The notes under the pieces were generated by a model. It worked only from the letters and a program-made list of their open reading frames with translations. It ran no database searches and was not told the DNA's origin. Below are positions 60,000 through 64,000 of a stretch of DNA of 64,000 bases, in pieces. Each line of letters starts with the position of its first letter. The first letter of the stretch is position 1. This DNA comes from Caecitellus pseudoparvulus (lineage: Eukaryota; Protista; Bigyra: Bicosoecida), in the NCBI GenBank assembly GCA_965644315.1, contig CBFFRQ010000075.1, positions 1 to 64,000 on the forward strand. The letters are read 5' to 3'. A program made the translations under genes and the position numbers.

Positions 60000-62900
60000 A
60001 TGAGCCTGTTGGCCAGGAGCGTGTCGAGTGCGCGAGGTGTGGAAGGTTTGTTGGGTGTTGTGGAATGGCATGAATTGTTGCGGGTGCCCATGCTCCAACG
60101 CGACGGCACGCCCAGCTCGGCTGGGCGCCCAGACACGCCGCCCGCGACAAAGCTTGGGCGCGATGACGAACCGCCGCAGTGGTGCTGGATTGACCGGGCC
60201 TTCCTGACGGGTGCTGCCTGTGTCTACATTGCCGCCTTCCTCTCCTACGCAAGCCAAGTGCATGGCTTGTACGGGTGAGTGGCTGCCGATTTCCGCATGC
60301 CAGACTGCTTTTTCCCCCTGCAGCTGCCCCCCCTGGGCTGAGCCGCACGCAGGCCAGATGGGATCCTTCCTGTAGATGCCATAAGTGCAGAAGGCAGCAG
60401 TGCAGATGCCGCTGCTCGCATGCTTGGGCTGCCGCTACACCAACTCCTGTGCGCGGCGTGCGTCGTCACTGCTGGTCTGCTAGCTGCAGCCGTTGCTCAG
60501 CGCTGGCTGTGCTGGCCGCTGTTCATGGCCGCCTTCGTCGTGTACTCGCATGTCGTGCACCATGGCCACACCTTCCTGACCTTCCAGTGGGAGATCTTGC
60601 TCCTGGAGACCGGCTTCATCGTGCCGTGGATGGCGCCCTGGCTGCCAGGCGGGCGCCCGCCCAGCCCCACCAGGAGTGCAGCTTGCCACTGGCTCCTTCG
60701 CTTCGCCATGTTCAAGCTCATGTTCATGAGTGGCGTGGTGAAGCTCACTGCCAACTGCCCCACCTGGACCGCCCTCACCGCCACCGTGTACCACTTCGCC
60801 ACCCAGCCCTTACCGGCTGGCGCCGCCGCTCTGGCCAGGCACATGCCCCTGTGGCTGCACCGGCTGAGTGTGGCAGTGACGCTGTGGCTGGAAATTCCAG
60901 GGGCCGTGTTACTCATGGTGCCTGAGTCGAGCGTGGCCACAGTGGCTGTGCTGGGGCAGCTGGCGCTGCAGGTGCTCATCGCAAGCACGGGCAACTACAC
61001 GTACTTCAACTGGCTCACCGCCCTCCTCGCACTGAACGCCCTCCCGCGCCAGCATGCACGGCTTCCCAGCGCACTGCGCTGGCTCTGTGTGGGGGCTTGC
61101 ACTCTCTTCAGCGTCCTGAGTGCCCTGCACATGTTCCAGTGGGGGTGGGTGCAGAGCACGCACGGCACGCCAACTCTGCTCATGCGCGTGTCGCCCAGGT
61201 GGCAAGGGCAGGCCCTGGGCGCCCTGCTGGACGCCTGGCTCCTCCCTCTCCTCGCTGCTGCGGCTGCCGTCACCGTGCTGGGCGTCGCTGTGGCGGCTGT
61301 GCAGCACGCCAGGCAAGCCGCTTCCAAGCCTGCCTCCACCGGCTTGGCCAGAGCTGAGCGGGTCGTGCGTTGGGCATGTGCTGTGGGCGTCGCAGTGTGG
61401 TTGCTCATGACTGTGCTCCCAGCCTCCCTGCTCACTGCAGCCTCCCTGCACCAACCTTCAGCCGCGCGCCTGCCTGCTTGGGTGCGCGAGCGGGCAGGCG
61501 GTCCCTTGCGGTGGCGCGTGGCGTCAGGGTACGGACTGTTCCGGCGCATGACTGGTGTGGGCACGCCGCCTGCGACAGTGCAAGAGGGCCTGGCACGCCG
61601 GGAGCGCCAAGTGTGGGCCGCACTGGAGGCCCACGAGGCCACTGAGCGCCGGGCCAGTCTCTGGCGCCAGTGGTTGACGTGGGAAGGCGTGGCGGAGCTG
61701 CTGGACGCCCCTGCGCAGCGGCTCACAGACAGCATGCATGCAGTTTCGTGGGCCCACCCGGACACGGCAGCACGAGTCGTTGAGCTGCCTGAGCCCAGTG
61801 CGGCTGAGGCAGCGTGGCTGACCGGGGAGGGTCTCCCCGAGCCCCTGCCGGCCAGGCCCGAGCTGCAGTGGCAAGGCCAGGCAGACGGCACATGGCGAGA
61901 CGTGCACCTTGCATTCAAACCAGGCAACGTCTCATGCCCCATGCCGTGGGTTGCGCCTCACCAGCCTCGTCTGGATTGGCAGATGTGGTTCGCGGCACTG
62001 GGACCCTATTCACACGCTCCTTGGGCGGTGCACTTTGCCTTCAAGCTGCTGCAGGGCTCCCCTGATGTCATGCAGCTGGTGGCGAGCCCCACCCATGACC
62101 CATGCGCATACGGCCACTGGCCCTTTGGCTGGAAGGCACGCCCGGCATCTGTTGAAGCAGCAGCACAGCAGCAGGTGGTGCCGCCCGATGCAGGGTGGAG
62201 TGACGTGGTCTCGCGTTGGCGCAGCTGGGCACTGCCGCCAGTGGAAGCCGTGCTGCCGCCCACCCCACAAACACCGAGCTTGCTGCGGGTGCAGATGTTT
62301 GAGTACGACCTCCCTCGCCCGGCGCTCGCCCGGGTCGTGCAGGAGTGGGCCGGCGGCGAGGCGACGCCGCCCTTCGCACAGCACTCGCAGCCTGCAGCTT
62401 TTCATAATGCGACGTGGCTGCGCAGGGAAGTGCGCGAATGGCTGCCCGAGCTGCACGTGTCCAACCCTTCCCTGGTGCGCTTCGCGTCAGACGTGCTGGG
62501 CATGCCCCCCCCCTCCCGCGAGGCTGCTGCCCGCCGAGCAGCTGCAGAGGCGACCTGTACCGGCACCACTGCCAGCACAAACGAGCAGTCAGTGTTGCTG
62601 ACGACGCCATGGACGTCTGCAGCGATGCAGGCGCTGCAGTGGCCTGGCCTTCACTCGCAGCCGCAGTGGTGGCTGGTGGACCTGTGGCTGCCGCTGGATG
62701 GCGGCAGTGGCTGGCAGGCAGACTTGCTGCCGTTCGCTCCGCCGCTGCAAATGCCAGTCATCGCGCCAGTGTGGGGCGTGTGGCAGACGACTGGTTGCAG
62801 CCAGGGTGCTTGCTTCGTGGCCCACGGCGCCTCCCCTCTGCTCACCTTCCTCTCATCCTGGCTGTGTGGTGTCACGGCTTGGTGGCGGGCGCTGGGGCGG

Positions 62901-63131
62901 TGGCACCCTGAGCCGTTCCCGCCTGGACCGCCACAGCTCCCCTGTGAAACGATGGCCTGCACGCTCATGCACAACCTGCAGACGGCCAATTGGCACCTCG
63001 CCGCGGCCGTCGTGCACATGCAGCGGCTGGCCGTGGTGGGCCCACTGGCCGCCGCGGCCTACCTCTTGGCAACGTGGAAGGGGGGCCTGCAGGACGCCCC
63101 GAGGCTGGGAGGCCAGGCGAGGAGGGTATAA
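60000..63131 (+). CDS. Lipase maturation factor (LMF2-like) ER membrane protein
   Basis: VYIAAFLSYASQVHGLYG-(intron)-PDGILP, FLTFQWEILLLETGF, FKLMFMSGVVKL, HFATQPLP, TGNYTYFNWLT, YGLFRRMT and APHQPRLDWQMWFAAL. The start may be at 60000 or 60090. Confidence 0.9.
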
Positions 63132-63352
63132 TTCACACACCAAGGGCTGTCGGGTATGCCTTGTAGACTGCAGGAGCCCCGCCAGCGCTGCCTGTCGCCA
63201 CGCTCATCTCCAGCAGCGCCGCACAGCCGGGCAGAGAGCGGGAGGTTGGCAACCTCCACCCTGCCACCTGCCACGAGGCACAGGTGCCCAGCCGACGTCA
63301 ACCCCTCTACCCAGCTTAGGTGCCAGCCCGTGCCACACGCTCCACCAACAGC

Positions 63353-64000
63353 ATGGCGGAGGAGGATGCCCTGGCCAAGGGCAAGACGTTCTTGACCGAG
63401 ACGCGGCTGAAGGAGTGAGGCCAGGCGCACGCGCGCAGCTCGCACACAGGTCTGCACAGGCCTGCCCTGCCCCCCTGCGCAGGACTGATACGAAGGTGGA
63501 TCATGGGTCGTTTGACAACATTGTGGCTGGCATCGATGCCGTGCGTGAGGCGCTGCTGGCTGGGTTGTCCTTGGTCGCACGCGGCAGCGTTGGCGTTTCC
63601 CGCGCAGGAGGCCCAATCGACGCTGTTGCTGAAGAAGGAGCAGGACATGCGCATCGTGGATGATGCGCTGGAGTACATGAAGCAGGAGTACCGTGCCCGC
63701 ATGGAGGTGAGGGAGCCCGCGACCCGCACCGGCACGCGAGCGAGCCACGTCGCCTTGCCGCCTCCACAGGAGGTGCACGCGAAGGAGGCCCAGCTCGCCG
63801 CTGACAAGAAAGAAATGGAGGCCATGGTGGAGCGATTCAGGGACTTCATCCAGGACAATGACGCCAAGCGCAGCCGTGCGCGCATGAAGCAGGAGGCTGA
63901 GGAGGAGGTGTGCGCCAAGCTGGGGCTGGAGCTGGACGCTCTGGCGGCGCAGTTGGAGGAGCAGCAGGGCTTGCGGGAGAGCCTGGAGGGTGAATTGGGC
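63353..64000 (+). CDS. DUF4200 ciliary coiled-coil protein (CFAP73/CCDC42-like), 3'-partial
   Basis: Multi-exon; STLLLKKEQDMRIVDDALEYMKQEY..FRDFIQDNDAKRSRA matches the DUF4200 pattern. Confidence 0.7.

Overview
This is a gene-dense, GC-rich eukaryotic window (about 65-70% GC by eye) with short canonical GT-AG introns (mostly about 55-190 bp) and intergenic gaps often under 200 bp. It most likely comes from a flagellated protist: cilium-associated MOK kinase and CFAP73/CCDC42-like genes are present, and stramenopile affinity is plausible but unproven. About 30 protein-coding genes can be reconstructed. They include an auxilin-like J protein, UBTD, TrmH, a glutaredoxin fusion, a formin, kinesin-7, a TRIC channel, MOK, an exportin-7/importin-7 head-to-head pair, ubiquitin-RPS27A, TIP41, RBM5/10-like, PUR-RRM, FIP1, EMC3, SIRT2-like, a histidine phosphatase, LMF and CFAP73-like. 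I recognised no rRNA, tRNA, CRISPR array or transposase. The most unusual items are: (1) a Plus3 domain fused to a Gig2/PARP-like ADP-ribosyltransferase with an apparently intact H-Y-E triad; (2) a very recent intronic array of four ~97-nt hairpin units joined by 45-nt linkers; (3) a glutaredoxin fused to a catalytically dead DUF442 domain; (4) a TPR-formin lacking FH1; (5) a recurrent (C)AATTCA motif just after stop codons. All family calls come from recognising motifs by eye, not from database searches.
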